A stretch of 64,000 nt of DNA from an uncultured Verrucomicrobiae bacterium (GCA_951813855.1 OX638380.1:386876-450875), one strand, 5' to 3'. Counted from the stretch's first letter, positions 48,825-60,059 are shown. The notes: generated by a model from the sequence alone, not told the origin. Program-made: numbers and translations.

Positions 48825-49934
48825 TTAGGCGAACCGAATCACGTTCTTGATTCCTTTCGAAGGTTCCAAGAGCAATTCGCGGTAGGATGCGGCGTCGTAT
48901 CTCCCGGTGACTATCCGTCGGAGAGCCTCGGGCCAAATCTGCTGAAACTTCCCCAAATCCGTCAACGCTTCCCGGAACCCGAATTCGTCGGCGTTGACGG
49001 TTCCGTAAATCAACTGATTCTTCAGAACGAGGTTCCGCATCAGGCGATTGGCTTCGATGGAGACCAGGTCGCCGAGAGCCGGGATGCCGGTAAAAATGAA
49101 AATGCCGTTTTCCCCCATGACGCTCAAGATATCCCAAGCGGATTTGAAAATGCCCGCGGCCTCGTAAACCAGATCGATCTGCCCTACCCGCTCGGCAAAT
49201 TCCTCGAGGGTGACCTGCTTCATCGAAAAGTATTCGGCCCCGAGAGATTCGACCAATTCGGATTTGTAATTCGGTTTGGGGGAACGCGAATACACGTAGG
49301 TTTCGAATCCTTCGCTGAGCAGTTTCATGGCGCCCAAAATTCCTATCGGTCCCGTTCCGATCACGACGGCCTTCATCCCGGCGCCCCGGGGTCGGGCCCC
49401 ATCGTCCTGCTCCCAAGGAAATCTTTTACGCGTCAACCACAATTGAGCCATCGCCTTCTCGGCGATGGTCAGCGGTTCGACCAACACGGCGACGTCGCGT
49501 AAATGCTGAGGAGCCAAGTAGAGGTAATCCTCCTGTTCGATGTATTCCTCGGCCATGTACCCGTGCTCGCCCTTGATTCCCCGCTCGATAAACTCTCCGG
49601 AAGAACAGAAATCCTGATAACCGTTGCGGCAGGGCCGACATTCCTCCCGGAGGCAAGGTCTTCTGACGGAGGGGACGACCAGATCGCCCACCTTCAGATT
49701 ACGGACGTCGGCACCGACCTCAACCACTTCGCCCAACGACTCGTGACCCAGAATCAGGTAATCGTATCCCTTTGGCGCTTCGCCGTAGACAAAAGAACAG
49801 ATCTCCCGATCGGTGCCGCATACCCCTACCTCCAGAGTACGCACCCGGACCCCGCCATCCCCCCGAATTATCGGTCGAGGATGGCCGACCATGCCGACTT
49901 CCTTTTTGCCGGGATAAACTCCAACCGCTTGCAT
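48825..49934 (-). CDS. zinc-dependent medium-chain dehydrogenase (glucose-1-dehydrogenase/threonine-dehydrogenase-like)
   Basis: VGVCGTDREI, GHESLGEVVEVG, structural-zinc Cys cluster (CLREECRPCRNGYQDFC), Rossmann VVIGTGPIGILG. Start placed at MQAVGVY (49934); the ORF-track start 50078 adds an unlikely 48-aa extension. Confidence 0.75.
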   Translation of the reverse strand: MQAVGVYPGKKEVGMVGHPRPIIRGDGGVRVRTLEVGVCGTDREICSFVYGEAPKGYDYLILGHESLGEVVEVGADVRNLKVGDLVVPSVRRPCLREECRPCRNGYQDFCSSGEFIERGIKGEHGYMAEEYIEQEDYLYLAPQHLRDVAVLVEPLTIAEKAMAQLWLTRKRFPWEQDDGARPRGAGMKAVVIGTGPIGILGAMKLLSEGFETYVYSRSPKPNYKSELVESLGAEYFSMKQVTLEEFAERVGQIDLVYEAAGIFKSAWDILSVMGENGIFIFTGIPALGDLVSIEANRLMRNLVLKNQLIYGTVNADEFGFREALTDLGKFQQIWPEALRRIVTGRYDAASYRELLLEPSKGIKNVIRFA

Positions 49935-50107
49935 TGAGGCAATTAGACTGATTGGCCCAAGAATTCCAAGGGTCCAGAAAAGCCAGAATCGGCCCACGCT
50001 AAACCAACGACCGAGTTTTGGCAAATCCTGTTTTCCACGGCGGTCGCTCGGACTCCGAAACGGGTATTTGCTTGCCAAGGGCGAATCGCCGGTCGTATTC
50101 TCCGCTC

Positions 50108-51016
50108 ATGCGATCGTCTCTGAATTTCGGCGGTTTTTTCGCGTTGGTCTTCACTCTCTCGTACCCTTCCTTGGCCGAGGGCGAATCCATCCAGTTGACC
50201 CTGCGCCACCAGGTGGCCACCGAAACCGAGGGGAAATTTCGCGCCCACCTCGAACAACAACAATGGAAACCGAGCGAAACCGCGGTCATCGTTTGCGACA
50301 TGTGGGATCTCCACCACTGCAAGAATGCCGTCATGCGAGTCGCCGAAATGGCGCCCCGGATGAATCGGGTGCTCGAAACGCTCCGTGCTCAAGGCGTGCT
50401 GATCATCCATGCCCCGAGCAGTTGCGTAGATTTCTATCGCGGCCATCCGGCCCGGCAAATCGCCCGGAACGCTCCCCCAGGCGCCAATCTTCCGAAGGAC
50501 ATCGGCGAATGGTGCCATCAAATCCCTGCTGAAAAAAAAGGCGTCTACCCCATAGACCAGTCAGACGGCGGTGAGGACGACGACCCGGTCGAACATGCCG
50601 CTTGGGCTCAATACCTCGCCGAAATGGGCCGAAACCCCAGAGCTCCTTGGAAACGGCAATGCGACGTTCTGGTCATCCACGATCACGACGCGATATCCGA
50701 CAGCGGCGTGGAAATCTGGAATCTCCTGGAGCATCGGAACATCAAGAATATCCTGATGGTCGGGGTGCATACCAATATGTGCGTGCTCGGCAGGCCCTTC
50801 GGACTCCGCCAAATGGCCCAAAACGGAAAAAACGTCGTCTTGATGCGCGACATGACCGATTCCATGTACAATCCGAAGATGTGGCCCTACGTTAATCATT
50901 TTCGCGGCAACGATCGAATCATCGCCTATATCGAAAAGTACGTCTGCCCCACCGTCACTTCCGATCAGATTTTGGGCGGGACGCCGTTTCGATTCAAAAA
51001 CGATCCTGATTCCTGA
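50108..51016 (+). CDS. secreted isochorismatase-like (cysteine hydrolase family) protein
   Basis: Signal MRSSLNFGGFFALVFTLSYPSLAEG; ...AVIVCDMWDLHHC...ILMVGVHTNMCVLGRPFG. Start moved to ATG 50108. Confidence 0.55.
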   Translation: MRSSLNFGGFFALVFTLSYPSLAEGESIQLTLRHQVATETEGKFRAHLEQQQWKPSETAVIVCDMWDLHHCKNAVMRVAEMAPRMNRVLETLRAQGVLIIHAPSSCVDFYRGHPARQIARNAPPGANLPKDIGEWCHQIPAEKKGVYPIDQSDGGEDDDPVEHAAWAQYLAEMGRNPRAPWKRQCDVLVIHDHDAISDSGVEIWNLLEHRNIKNILMVGVHTNMCVLGRPFGLRQMAQNGKNVVLMRDMTDSMYNPKMWPYVNHFRGNDRIIAYIEKYVCPTVTSDQILGGTPFRFKNDPDS

Positions 51017-51402
51017 GCGTGCGGCAGTAAAACCTGAAGCGAACGGACGGCTTCCCGAGAGGAAGGCGCGAATTACAGGCTATCGCAGATCTGTTCTCGG
51101 GGTTGCCAAACTCGGGATGCCGCCCAGTAACAGCCTTGCCCATTGCCAAGCTGCGCTTTTCCACCTAAACAGGAGATTGCTGTCGCGTTTAACAGGGTAA
51201 CCGTCAAGACGGTATCAGCCGTTATCCGAAATGGCTGCATTGTCGCTCCATCTGATTTCGCCGGACTGAAGACTCTGACGATTCTCGGGCGCAACGCACG
51301 ACTGATTCTCGGAACATAAGCGAAGCTGACGATTCCAGTCTGAACCGCAGTCAAACAACCGGAATTCAAAGCTCTTCCGTTTTGCTTGCCGGGGTTGAAC
51401 CG

Positions 51403-53046
51403 TCAGCGGTCCACTTCCTCAGTCGGAAGAACACGTTTTTGCTGGAACAGCCAATCCCAGACATCGGGAGTTTGATCGACGAGTTCCGAAGCGCGACGGG
51501 TAATTCCTCCAGATTCGGGGTCGCCCCGATAGGTCAAAGCGGGCATGGCAGCGGCATGGCGAATTCCTTTAAGGGTAGTGAATTTCATGTTGCCGCCAAT
51601 GGCTTGAAGGCGTTCGAAAGCCCTTTCCGTAAACGCATAAGGCGCGACCGGGTCGTCATCTCCATGGAAAGTCCAGACAGGAATATCTCGAATACGCGTA
51701 ACGTCTCTCCAAGGTAGAAAGATCCCGGCAGTGGGAATAGCGGCAGCAAATCGTTCCGGCTGTAAATAAATCGCCGTAAAGGTTCCTTCACCTCCCATTG
51801 AGTGGCCCAAACAGTATACCCGGTCGGTGTCGATGTTGAATTCTTTCACCAATTTTTGATCAATTAATTCAAAAACTCTATCCAAGTTGCCGGGACGATT
51901 GCCCGGGCCTCGACTTTGCCATCGTCTCAGCCAACGTTGCACCTCCGGGGGTTCGGAGCGGATCATCTCGGCGGTAATTTCGGGAATTGCGGCTAAAGGA
52001 GAATTAGGGTCAGTCCAACCGTACTCCGAATGAGGAACCAAGACAAAGGCCGGATGCCTTCGCCGCATTTCATCCTGAGCCAGCAGACCATTCCAATTTC
52101 GCAAGTTACTTTGATTGTCGTTGCCGCGTCCGCCAGCTCCGTGAAGACTCAAAATCAATGGCCATGCTCTCGTTGCATCGAAATCGATGGGCTTCATGAG
52201 GCGATAGGGAACTTCCTTGAATTCAGCCGGTTCATAAAGCCACAAAGCCGGAGCGTTCAAGGATTCTCCCTCACGAACTACCGGCGGAATTCTTTCGGAC
52301 CACACGGCGTAACCCTTAGCATTCATATGAACATCGTTGGGAATGAAACATTCGGTACGAATTTGACCGTCTTTACCGATCAAGCCAGAAACGGCATCGA
52401 CATAAGTAAGCCATGTTCTTTTCTCGCATTCCAGTTTCAGCAGATGATTCGCCTCCTGAATGAGATTCCATTTTTCGAACCGCTTCCCCGGACTAGGAAT
52501 AACGCTTGTCACGTAGACGTGAGTGTTAGGCAGGGAGTGACGAAGCTGGGCAATGAAATCATGAAAATGTGCCATTACCTCCTGCGGGACGGCACCGCGG
52601 GCAATATCGTTGCTTCCCTCATAAAGGATCACCGCCCGAGGCTGAAACGGAACCAGCAAGTTGGAAACGAAATGCTCGGCGGCGTTTTTCATCGTGGTCC
52701 CGCCGATCCCATAGTTGTAAACTTTCAGCGGATCTAAAGCGCTGGACACTTCTTTCCACCGAGCCAGGTGAGAACTGCCGACGCAAATGACAGCGCCGGA
52801 TTGCGGCACCGGGTCCTCGCTCCTTGAAGCAATGAATTCGCTCCAGTTCTCCTTGGCGCGGTCCAACGACGATTTCCTTGTCTGGCCTGAGGCCGTAACC
52901 GAGGAAACCAGTAAAATGGCACCAACCAGAAAGGTGTCGAAATGCAGAAATCGCTTTCCGAGTTGTGGACCTAATCGAATCCCGGCAAACAGTTGAATAA
53001 CTGGTCGCGACAACAGTAGCAGGCAACAAAACATTAAGCTCATCAT
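51403..53046 (-). CDS. fusion of an SGNH/GDSL-type hydrolase domain and an alpha/beta-hydrolase esterase domain
   Basis: N-terminal half: VICVGSSHLARW (block I), YGIGGTT (block II), ILYEGSNDI (block III), NDVHMNAKGY (block V). C-terminal half: LILSLHGAGGRGNDN, nucleophile elbow GHSMGG, FHGDDDPV. Confidence 0.65.
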   Translation of the reverse strand: MMSLMFCCLLLLSRPVIQLFAGIRLGPQLGKRFLHFDTFLVGAILLVSSVTASGQTRKSSLDRAKENWSEFIASRSEDPVPQSGAVICVGSSHLARWKEVSSALDPLKVYNYGIGGTTMKNAAEHFVSNLLVPFQPRAVILYEGSNDIARGAVPQEVMAHFHDFIAQLRHSLPNTHVYVTSVIPSPGKRFEKWNLIQEANHLLKLECEKRTWLTYVDAVSGLIGKDGQIRTECFIPNDVHMNAKGYAVWSERIPPVVREGESLNAPALWLYEPAEFKEVPYRLMKPIDFDATRAWPLILSLHGAGGRGNDNQSNLRNWNGLLAQDEMRRRHPAFVLVPHSEYGWTDPNSPLAAIPEITAEMIRSEPPEVQRWLRRWQSRGPGNRPGNLDRVFELIDQKLVKEFNIDTDRVYCLGHSMGGEGTFTAIYLQPERFAAAIPTAGIFLPWRDVTRIRDIPVWTFHGDDDPVAPYAFTERAFERLQAIGGNMKFTTLKGIRHAAAMPALTYRGDPESGGITRRASELVDQTPDVWDWLFQQKRVLPTEEVDR

Positions 53047-53405
53047 GCTTGGGGATGCAAATCAACAGTTCGAAGAAAAACAGGTAAAATCATACCATGC
53101 GGTGATTCAAAACGGTAGCAGCGAACCATTCAATAATTTGAAAAACGATATTCGGCTGCGATTTCAATTAACACTAATGATTCATACCGCTATTCATATC
53201 AGTGATAATGTAACTATATCTAAGGCATTCTAAAACAAGCTTTCAAATCGCTGCGGCTGAATAGAATCCTCAACCAACCAAGCGGCGACCGGTTTGTCGA
53301 ATGCCGCACCCCTTTCTCGTTCGCTGAGGGCGTCGGTTCGATAAGTCTCGAGTAATTGATCTAATGGACTCATTTTCAATCCCGAGTATTGCTCCCCAAG
53401 CCTGA

Positions 53406-54869
53406 TCAATCCGATCCTGTCTCCACCGGGTCGGTTCGAATTACCGGGTCATTATCAGATACCCCATCGTTGTCAGATTCCAGATATCCGAAATCTCCCC
53501 CTAATGCCAGGTAGAGATTGATTCGATTGATGAGACGGGCATGGCGAGAGTCGATCAAGGCGCTTCGGGCGTTCAGCGAACGCCGTTGAGCTTCCAATAC
53601 CGTGACGATGTTCACCAACCCGTTTTGGTAGTGTTGCTGCGCCAATTCCTGGGCGGCGACCGCTTCGGAAGCGGCCTTTTGAGCGGCTTCCGAAGCAACG
53701 TGCAAATGCCCCTCAGACACCAGCAAGACCTCCACTTCCAGAAAGGCGTTGAGCACGGCATCGGCGTAAGCGGCCAAGGCCTGACGATGGCTCGCCTTAG
53801 CCAAACTGATACCGGCGATTAACCGTCCCCCCTGAAATATCGGTTGAACCAGATTTCCGGCCACATTCCAAAGCAACGCTTCATGATCCAGCAACTCCCG
53901 AAATTCCCTGGTAGTCGTCCCGGTCCCTCCGCTCAAGCTAAAAGTCGGCAACAAATCCTTTTGGGCGACCCGAACTCGCTCCAAAGAGGCCGCTACCCGC
54001 CGTTCGGCGGCAAGCAAGTCCGGACGGCGAAGCAGCAATTCACTGGGTAATCCGACAGGCGGCAACTCCTGACTCAAATTCGGCAAATCGACCGCCACCT
54101 TCAAATTGCCGGAAGGATATCGCCCCAAAAGCGTTTCCAGGCTGCGAACGGCGATATCGCGGTCACGTTGGCGCAACGCCAAACTGCTTCGGGCCGCTTC
54201 AAGATTAGCGGTAGTCAAACGCAAGTCCAATGACCGGTTAGGCAGGCCGCGTTGATAACTGCCCTCGACGACTTTCAAATTCTGTTCGTAAGTCTGCACG
54301 TTGGATTCGGCCAGTTCCAATTGCAACGCGGCTTGGATCGCGTCGAACCAGAGTCGAGCCGTACGTGCCCCCAGCGAAAATCGCAAAGCCTGAAAATCGG
54401 ATTGGGCCGCTTCCCAATCGGCAATGGCCCCCCGATATCGGTTACGGACCTTCCCCCATAAATCGACTTCCCAAGCGGCACCCACATTGAGATTGTAGAA
54501 ATCGATGATTTGGGGTTCGAGGTCGATCGGCAAGGTGCGGAAGTTGTTCTTTTGCCGATTGTTCGTCAGATTTCCCTGAATCGTCGGCACGAACCCCGAA
54601 CGGACCATCCGGCGGCTGGCGTCCGAACTTTCCAGCCGGGCGGCGGCGACCTGCAGGTTGTAATTGTTGCTCAGCGATTCGGTCAAAACCGCCCGGAGCG
54701 ACGAATCGTCGAAATCCCGCAACCAATCGAACCGCTCCACCGTTTGAGTGGAAACTGTCGCTACGTACGTAGCCGGCGGATCGAACAGCAGCCGATCAAC
54801 CCGAACTTCGGGCGTTCGAACGCAGCCGATCAACCCAATCGGTAATAGCAACAGTAACTGGCGCATCAA
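53406..54869 (-). CDS. efflux transporter outer membrane factor lipoprotein (NodT/TolC family)
   Basis: 487 aa, lipobox LIGC. Two OEP repeats (…NNYNLQVAAARLESSDA…, …VDLWGKVRNRYRGA…, …RRPDLLAAERRVAAS…, …LEAQRRSLNARSALIDS…). Confidence 0.85.
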   Translation of the reverse strand: MMRQLLLLLPIGLIGCVRTPEVRVDRLLFDPPATYVATVSTQTVERFDWLRDFDDSSLRAVLTESLSNNYNLQVAAARLESSDASRRMVRSGFVPTIQGNLTNNRQKNNFRTLPIDLEPQIIDFYNLNVGAAWEVDLWGKVRNRYRGAIADWEAAQSDFQALRFSLGARTARLWFDAIQAALQLELAESNVQTYEQNLKVVEGSYQRGLPNRSLDLRLTTANLEAARSSLALRQRDRDIAVRSLETLLGRYPSGNLKVAVDLPNLSQELPPVGLPSELLLRRPDLLAAERRVAASLERVRVAQKDLLPTFSLSGGTGTTTREFRELLDHEALLWNVAGNLVQPIFQGGRLIAGISLAKASHRQALAAYADAVLNAFLEVEVLLVSEGHLHVASEAAQKAASEAVAAQELAQQHYQNGLVNIVTVLEAQRRSLNARSALIDSRHARLINRINLYLALGGDFGYLESDNDGVSDNDPVIRTDPVETGSD

Positions 54870-55214
54870 ACTGATTCTAACGATTCCAGTTTTCTGATCC
54901 GCTTCCGAGGATTTGCGTTTCGTCTCGAAGCGACGACTCGAGAACGCCTTGTCTCTCCGACAATAATATCGGCTCCGGATTGCATTGACCGTAGGTTGGC
55001 ACTGCCGTCCTGATCCATCCTCTGAGAAATCACCGTTTTGCCCCTATGCATTCTCGACCGCCAAGGTGCGTTTTCCCGAATCTTCAAACCGATTTCCGGT
55101 AATACCGTCCCTTTTTTCCTTCACGATGTTGCCGGATTCGGCGATTTCGAGCCGTCACCGGACCGCTTTCTCCGACTCTCGTTTTTCTCACCGCACGGCA
55201 AGCCGCCACGACCT

Positions 55215-56755
55215 TCAGGGCAACGTCACTCCCTGCGGAAGAAACTCGATCTGACGGTCGTTGGCCAATCGGGGGCCGGGAGTGCTTCGTCCCCGGTCTA
55301 CCAATTCCTGCAACGACTGCAACAACGCTTTGACTTTTTCCGGATTTTCCTCGGCCACGTTGTTTTGCTCGGCGCGGTCTTGATCCAAGTCGAACAACTG
55401 TATCTTCGGCAAGCCTTGCTGCCGGGCCACGTTCTCCCGCGGAGCGCTCCAGCCTCCGCTTCCGGAGGCAAGACAGAGTTTCCAGTTTTCCTGACGAACC
55501 GCGAAATGACCGCTTACCGAATGGCTCACCAAAAGCTTGCGGCCGGTAGAGGGAGCGCCGTCGAGCACCGGAAGCAAACTGTAACCGTCTTCTCCGCCGG
55601 GAAAGGCGAGTTTCTTATTCACGATCGCCTCCAAGGTAGCATAGATATCGGTCAAGCAAGTCAAAGCTTGGGTGGTTTGCCCCGATTTCACCCGTGCGGG
55701 CCAACGGACGATAAACGGCACGCGATGACCGCCTTCGTAGATATCGGCCTTATGGCCTCGATACCCGGCGCTGGGATCGTGTCCATGTTCCCGAAGCAAG
55801 GTGAAATTGCCTTCCGGCGAACAGCCGTTGTCGCTGGTGAACACGAATAGGGTGTTGCGCTTGAGTCCGGCCTCCTCGATGGCGTCGAGCAGTTGACCGA
55901 CGTGATAATCGACCTGCACGACGAAATCGGCATAGGGATTAATGCCGCTGATCCCTCGAAACGGCGAAATCGGCACGATCGGGGTATGAGGCGCCGGCAA
56001 GGGCAAATAGAGGAAAAACGGGGTCCTCGAGTTCTCCGGCTGCGAACGCTGTTTGATGTACTCGATGGATTTATCGAAGAGATGAGGCAAGACCTGATCG
56101 ATCTGGAAATCAGCTCCGATCGGACCTTTTCGATACCAACCGTAGGGATGCTGTCTTTTATTGACCCCTTCCTCTCGGTCCGGAGGAGCCGTGATTTGTC
56201 CGGTATCGACCCAAACATAAGGCGGCATGTCCAAAGACCCGCAATGACCGTAATACTGATCAAAGCCGTTGATGTTGGGTCCGTTCAGCACCGGTTGCGT
56301 AAAATCGATCTTGCCGTCGGTTTTGTGCCAATCCCAGCCCAGATGCCATTTGCCGATCATGGCCGTGTGGTACCCGGCGTTCTTTAACAGGTGAGCGATC
56401 GTGGAACGCTCGGCCGGTATCAAATGGTCGCTGCGGCCGTTGAGCACGCCGCGCGCCAAGCGAGAACGCCAATTATATCGGCCGGTCAACAAACCATACC
56501 GCGTGGGCGTGCAAACCGAACTAGTCGTATGCGCATCGAGAAAAGTCATCCCCTCATCGGCCAACCGCTGCAGGTTCGGCGTCTTGATCTGACAATCCGG
56601 ATTGGTCGGGGAAACGTCGCCGATACCCAGATCGTCGGCCATCACGATGACGACATTAGGCCTATGGCCCTCATGGGCGCTAACGGTCAATACCGGTGCC
56701 GCCGCCAGCGACGCAAAGAGGCAGAACTTTCGCGTGATCGAAAATATATTCTTCA
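55215..56755 (-). CDS. arylsulfatase (formylglycine-dependent sulfatase family)
   Basis: Signal MKNIFSITRKFCLFASLAAAPVLTVSA; NVVIVMADDLGIGD; sulfatase signature CTPTRYGLLTGR; GKWHLG. Start moved from 57131 to ATG 56755. Confidence 0.85.
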
Positions 56756-56934
56756 TGATGGCCACCAATCGAATCGAACTCGGAAGGTTAATGGAACCAC
56801 CTCGGGTTCTGCGAATCGGTAACCCCGAACATAGCCCCACAAACCGGAATCGTTCAATTGATTTCGGGCCGGGACGATTCACCGCTAGCCGAATAAATCT
56901 TGAACTCCGCTTCAGAACGCCGAACCTCTTCGGC

Positions 56935-58575
56935 ATGAGCGAATCAGGCGAAACCGACCGGACTGTCTCCTCGCCCCAATCCCTCGACGTGCCCCGATTG
57001 CTGGCGGAATACTTTGATCGGAAACCGGACCCGGCCGATCTTGAGCAACAGATAAGTTTCGGCACTTCCGGCCATCGCGGCACTTCGAGCAAGGGTTCCT
57101 TCAACGAGGCGCATGTCATCGCGATCACCAAAGCGATCGTCGATTACCGCCGCTTCCGGAACTACACCGGCCCCCTGATTCTCGGGAAGGACACTCATGC
57201 CCTGTCGGAGGTAGCGCAACGCACCGTCATCGAAGTTTTGGCCGGCAACGGCGTCACGGTCTGGATCCAATCGGGTAGCGGTTACACCCCTACTCCAGTC
57301 GTTTCCCGGACCATCCTGAGAACCAATCGCTCGAATCCGGAACAGCTGGCCGACGGCATTATTCTCACGCCCTCGCATAATCCCCCCGAAGACGGCGGAC
57401 TAAAATACAATCCGCCCCACGGCGGCCCGGCCAACCAGAACACGACCATTTGGATCACCAATCGAGCCAAAGCGCTATTGTCCCGCGGCGTGGACCACGA
57501 TTCGCGCCTGCCGTTCGAGCGAGCGCTTCAAGCGGATACCACGGTGGCAAAGGATTTCATGATGCCCTATGTCGCGGAACTGGATTCGATCGTGGATCTG
57601 AAGGCCATCCGCGCCTCGGGAATGAAAATCGGAGTCGATCCGTTGGGCGGTTCCGGATTGGATTACTGGGAACCTATCGCCGAGCGCTACGGGTTAGACC
57701 TGACCGTCGTCAATCCCTGCCGGGACCCGACGTTCGCCTTCATGCCGCCCGATCACGACGGGAAAATCCGGATGGACTGTTCCTCTCCCCACGCCATGAA
57801 GGGATTGATCAAGCTCAAAAAACGGTTCGATATCGCCTTCGGCAACGATCCCGATTTCGACCGGCACGGCATCGTGACGCCCGAGGGACTCATGAAACCG
57901 AATCATTTTCTCTCCGCCGCCGTGCATTACCTCTTCACCCATCGTCCGGACTGGAACGCCGGCGCCCTCGTGGGCAAGACGATCGTTTCCAGCTCGATGA
58001 TCGATTGCGTCGCGCATTCCCTCGAACGAAAAATATTGGAGATGCCGGTCGGATTCAAATGGTTCGTCGACGGACTCTACAACGGCACCTGCGGTTTCGG
58101 CGGCGAAGAAAGCGCAGGTGCAAATTTTCTCTGCCGCGACGGCACGACCTGGTGCACCGACAAGGACGGCTTCGTGATGGATTTACTGGCCGCCGAAATC
58201 TTGGCGACCACGCAGAAAAACCCCGCGATTCATTATCGTGATTTGGAAGCGGCATTCGGTCGTTTTTACTACGAACGGCTAGACGCTCCCGCGAATCTGG
58301 CCCAGCGCGAACGGCTCAAGAATCTTTCCCCGAAGCAGGTGAAGGTCAAGGAATTGGCGGGAGAAGCGATCCGTCACAAACGGACCAAGGCTCCGGGCAA
58401 CGGTGCCGCCATCGGCGGATTAAAACTAATGACCCAAAACGGTTGGTTCGCGGCCCGGCCCTCGGGCACCGAAGATATCTACAAAATCTACGCCGAAAGT
58501 TTCCTCAGCCCGGAACATCTGCTGGATATTCAGCATTCCGCCAAATCCTTGGTGGAAGACATCTTGATCGACTAA
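56935..58575 (+). CDS. pgm: phosphoglucomutase, alpha-D-glucose phosphate-specific
   Basis: 546 aa from ATG 56935. FGTSGHRG, active-site loop TPSHNPPEDGGLKYN, GVDPLGG, GGEESAG, RPSGTEDIYKIY. Collinear with enterobacterial Pgm of the same length. Confidence 0.9.
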   Translation: MSESGETDRTVSSPQSLDVPRLLAEYFDRKPDPADLEQQISFGTSGHRGTSSKGSFNEAHVIAITKAIVDYRRFRNYTGPLILGKDTHALSEVAQRTVIEVLAGNGVTVWIQSGSGYTPTPVVSRTILRTNRSNPEQLADGIILTPSHNPPEDGGLKYNPPHGGPANQNTTIWITNRAKALLSRGVDHDSRLPFERALQADTTVAKDFMMPYVAELDSIVDLKAIRASGMKIGVDPLGGSGLDYWEPIAERYGLDLTVVNPCRDPTFAFMPPDHDGKIRMDCSSPHAMKGLIKLKKRFDIAFGNDPDFDRHGIVTPEGLMKPNHFLSAAVHYLFTHRPDWNAGALVGKTIVSSSMIDCVAHSLERKILEMPVGFKWFVDGLYNGTCGFGGEESAGANFLCRDGTTWCTDKDGFVMDLLAAEILATTQKNPAIHYRDLEAAFGRFYYERLDAPANLAQRERLKNLSPKQVKVKELAGEAIRHKRTKAPGNGAAIGGLKLMTQNGWFAARPSGTEDIYKIYAESFLSPEHLLDIQHSAKSLVEDILID

Positions 58576-58823
58576 CCCGGGTTTCGCGCCACGACGCTCG
58601 GCCACGGCAGCGATTTGCTCCCGAAGACGGTTTCGGAATTTTTGGCGCCGCGCGTTTAACCCGTGGAATCAAGGGTGGAGTTGGCCGAGGTTCGACTCGC
58701 TGGCGGAAAATCCGGAACAGGCATCCGCAGGCGGCGAAGACAGCCCGGAATAAGAACGTCCGAAGTTCTCGGCCCTCCCCCCATCCGAACGAAACGAACG
58801 GCACGCTCGTCGCCGACCTTCGC

Positions 58824-59963
58824 TCAGGGTTCGCTCAGCGACAGCTTGGCGAACAGCCGCTGAGCCAACACCCGGCGATAATCGGAACTCTCCCGGACCG
58901 ATAACGCAACATAGACCTGCCGGTTGGGAACGGGCTCCAGTTTCAGCCGGGAATCGGACAACGCTTCCGGCCAGGCGACCGCCATGCCGACATCCACTTC
59001 TCCCGTTAATACCGCTCCTAACAGTTTTCCGGGATCACCCAAGGAGACGACCGTCGACCGGCCTATTTCCTGAGCTAACGTCCGGCTCTGACCGGCTGAA
59101 AACCTTCGATCCGCGAAGGCCATTCTGGAATTCGCGATGATTCCCAATCTCGTCGTCGGCTGCGATTCTCCGGCAACTCCAGGTTGCTGCGAACGATCGT
59201 TCAAGGTCAGGCAGACGACTTGGCGTCCCGGAACGGGCGCCGACCAAAATCCCGGAATCGAAGACTCCTGACCGCTCTCCTCCAATCCGATGATCGCGTC
59301 GAACTCCCCTCCCTCGGCGATTTTTTTGTCGATAAAGGCTTGAGGCCCTACCAAAAGCCGCAACCGGATGCCTTCCGTCGTTTCGAACCGCTTCAATTCC
59401 GGAAGGATAAAAGGATAACTCGCCCGATCGACCACCAAGAGGGGCTTCGGATCTTCGACCCAAAGATCGCCGGGGAGGTCCGAAATTCCTGGGGAACTCA
59501 CATAGGTCAGTCCCCGATCTCGGGCCGTCAGATACCGGACGAAGCGATGAGTTTCCCGGCAACTATGCTCGGAGTTCGAGTATACCGCCAACCGCCAGAG
59601 CGCTCCCGGATCGGCGTTCGTCGCAGCAACGGGAAGGGGCACCGTAAACCGGCTGACAGCCTCGTCTCCGACTTCCGGCAGTTCGATCCCGCCCGAACCT
59701 ATCGCGAGGTCCCGCCGTTTCCTCGAATCCCAGGCCAACAGATCGATCCGCACGCCGTATTCCAGTTCGTAAGCGTTGGCCACTTGCCTTACTACAGCAC
59801 GTTCCGCCGGACTGCAGACGACGCTCAAAGAGCTCGCCCTTTTCGACCAGGAATCGTCTGCTCGAGCGCCGAGATTGGGGTAGAGAATTCGAAGACAGGT
59901 CAGCAACGCGACCATCCCCAAAAAAAACACCAATAAGAATCCGTTGCCCCACCGCATGATCAA
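58824..59963 (-). CDS. membrane-anchored hypothetical protein with periplasmic-binding-protein-like halves
   Basis: N-terminal TM, then two segments resembling type-2 PBP folds (LSVVCSPAERAVVRQVANAYELEYGVRIDL...). Weak call. Confidence 0.35.
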   Translation of the reverse strand: MIMRWGNGFLLVFFLGMVALLTCLRILYPNLGARADDSWSKRASSLSVVCSPAERAVVRQVANAYELEYGVRIDLLAWDSRKRRDLAIGSGGIELPEVGDEAVSRFTVPLPVAATNADPGALWRLAVYSNSEHSCRETHRFVRYLTARDRGLTYVSSPGISDLPGDLWVEDPKPLLVVDRASYPFILPELKRFETTEGIRLRLLVGPQAFIDKKIAEGGEFDAIIGLEESGQESSIPGFWSAPVPGRQVVCLTLNDRSQQPGVAGESQPTTRLGIIANSRMAFADRRFSAGQSRTLAQEIGRSTVVSLGDPGKLLGAVLTGEVDVGMAVAWPEALSDSRLKLEPVPNRQVYVALSVRESSDYRRVLAQRLFAKLSLSEP

Positions 59964-60059
59964 GCTCGCTTTATCGCGGTATCCGGCCCGCGCCCATCCC
60001 CAACAGCGTGCCGGACTCCCCGTGTGCCGACCGGGCCCATCTCAGAGATTATCCGGCCG

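Noticed and set aside
56602-57131. About 530-nt mutual overlap of the ORF-track versions of the sulfatase (-) and pgm (+) genes
   Set aside because: Both are upstream read-through extensions. The sulfatase starts with a signal peptide at 56755, and Pgm starts at 56935 (546 aa, collinear with known Pgm), which leaves a 179-bp divergent intergenic region.
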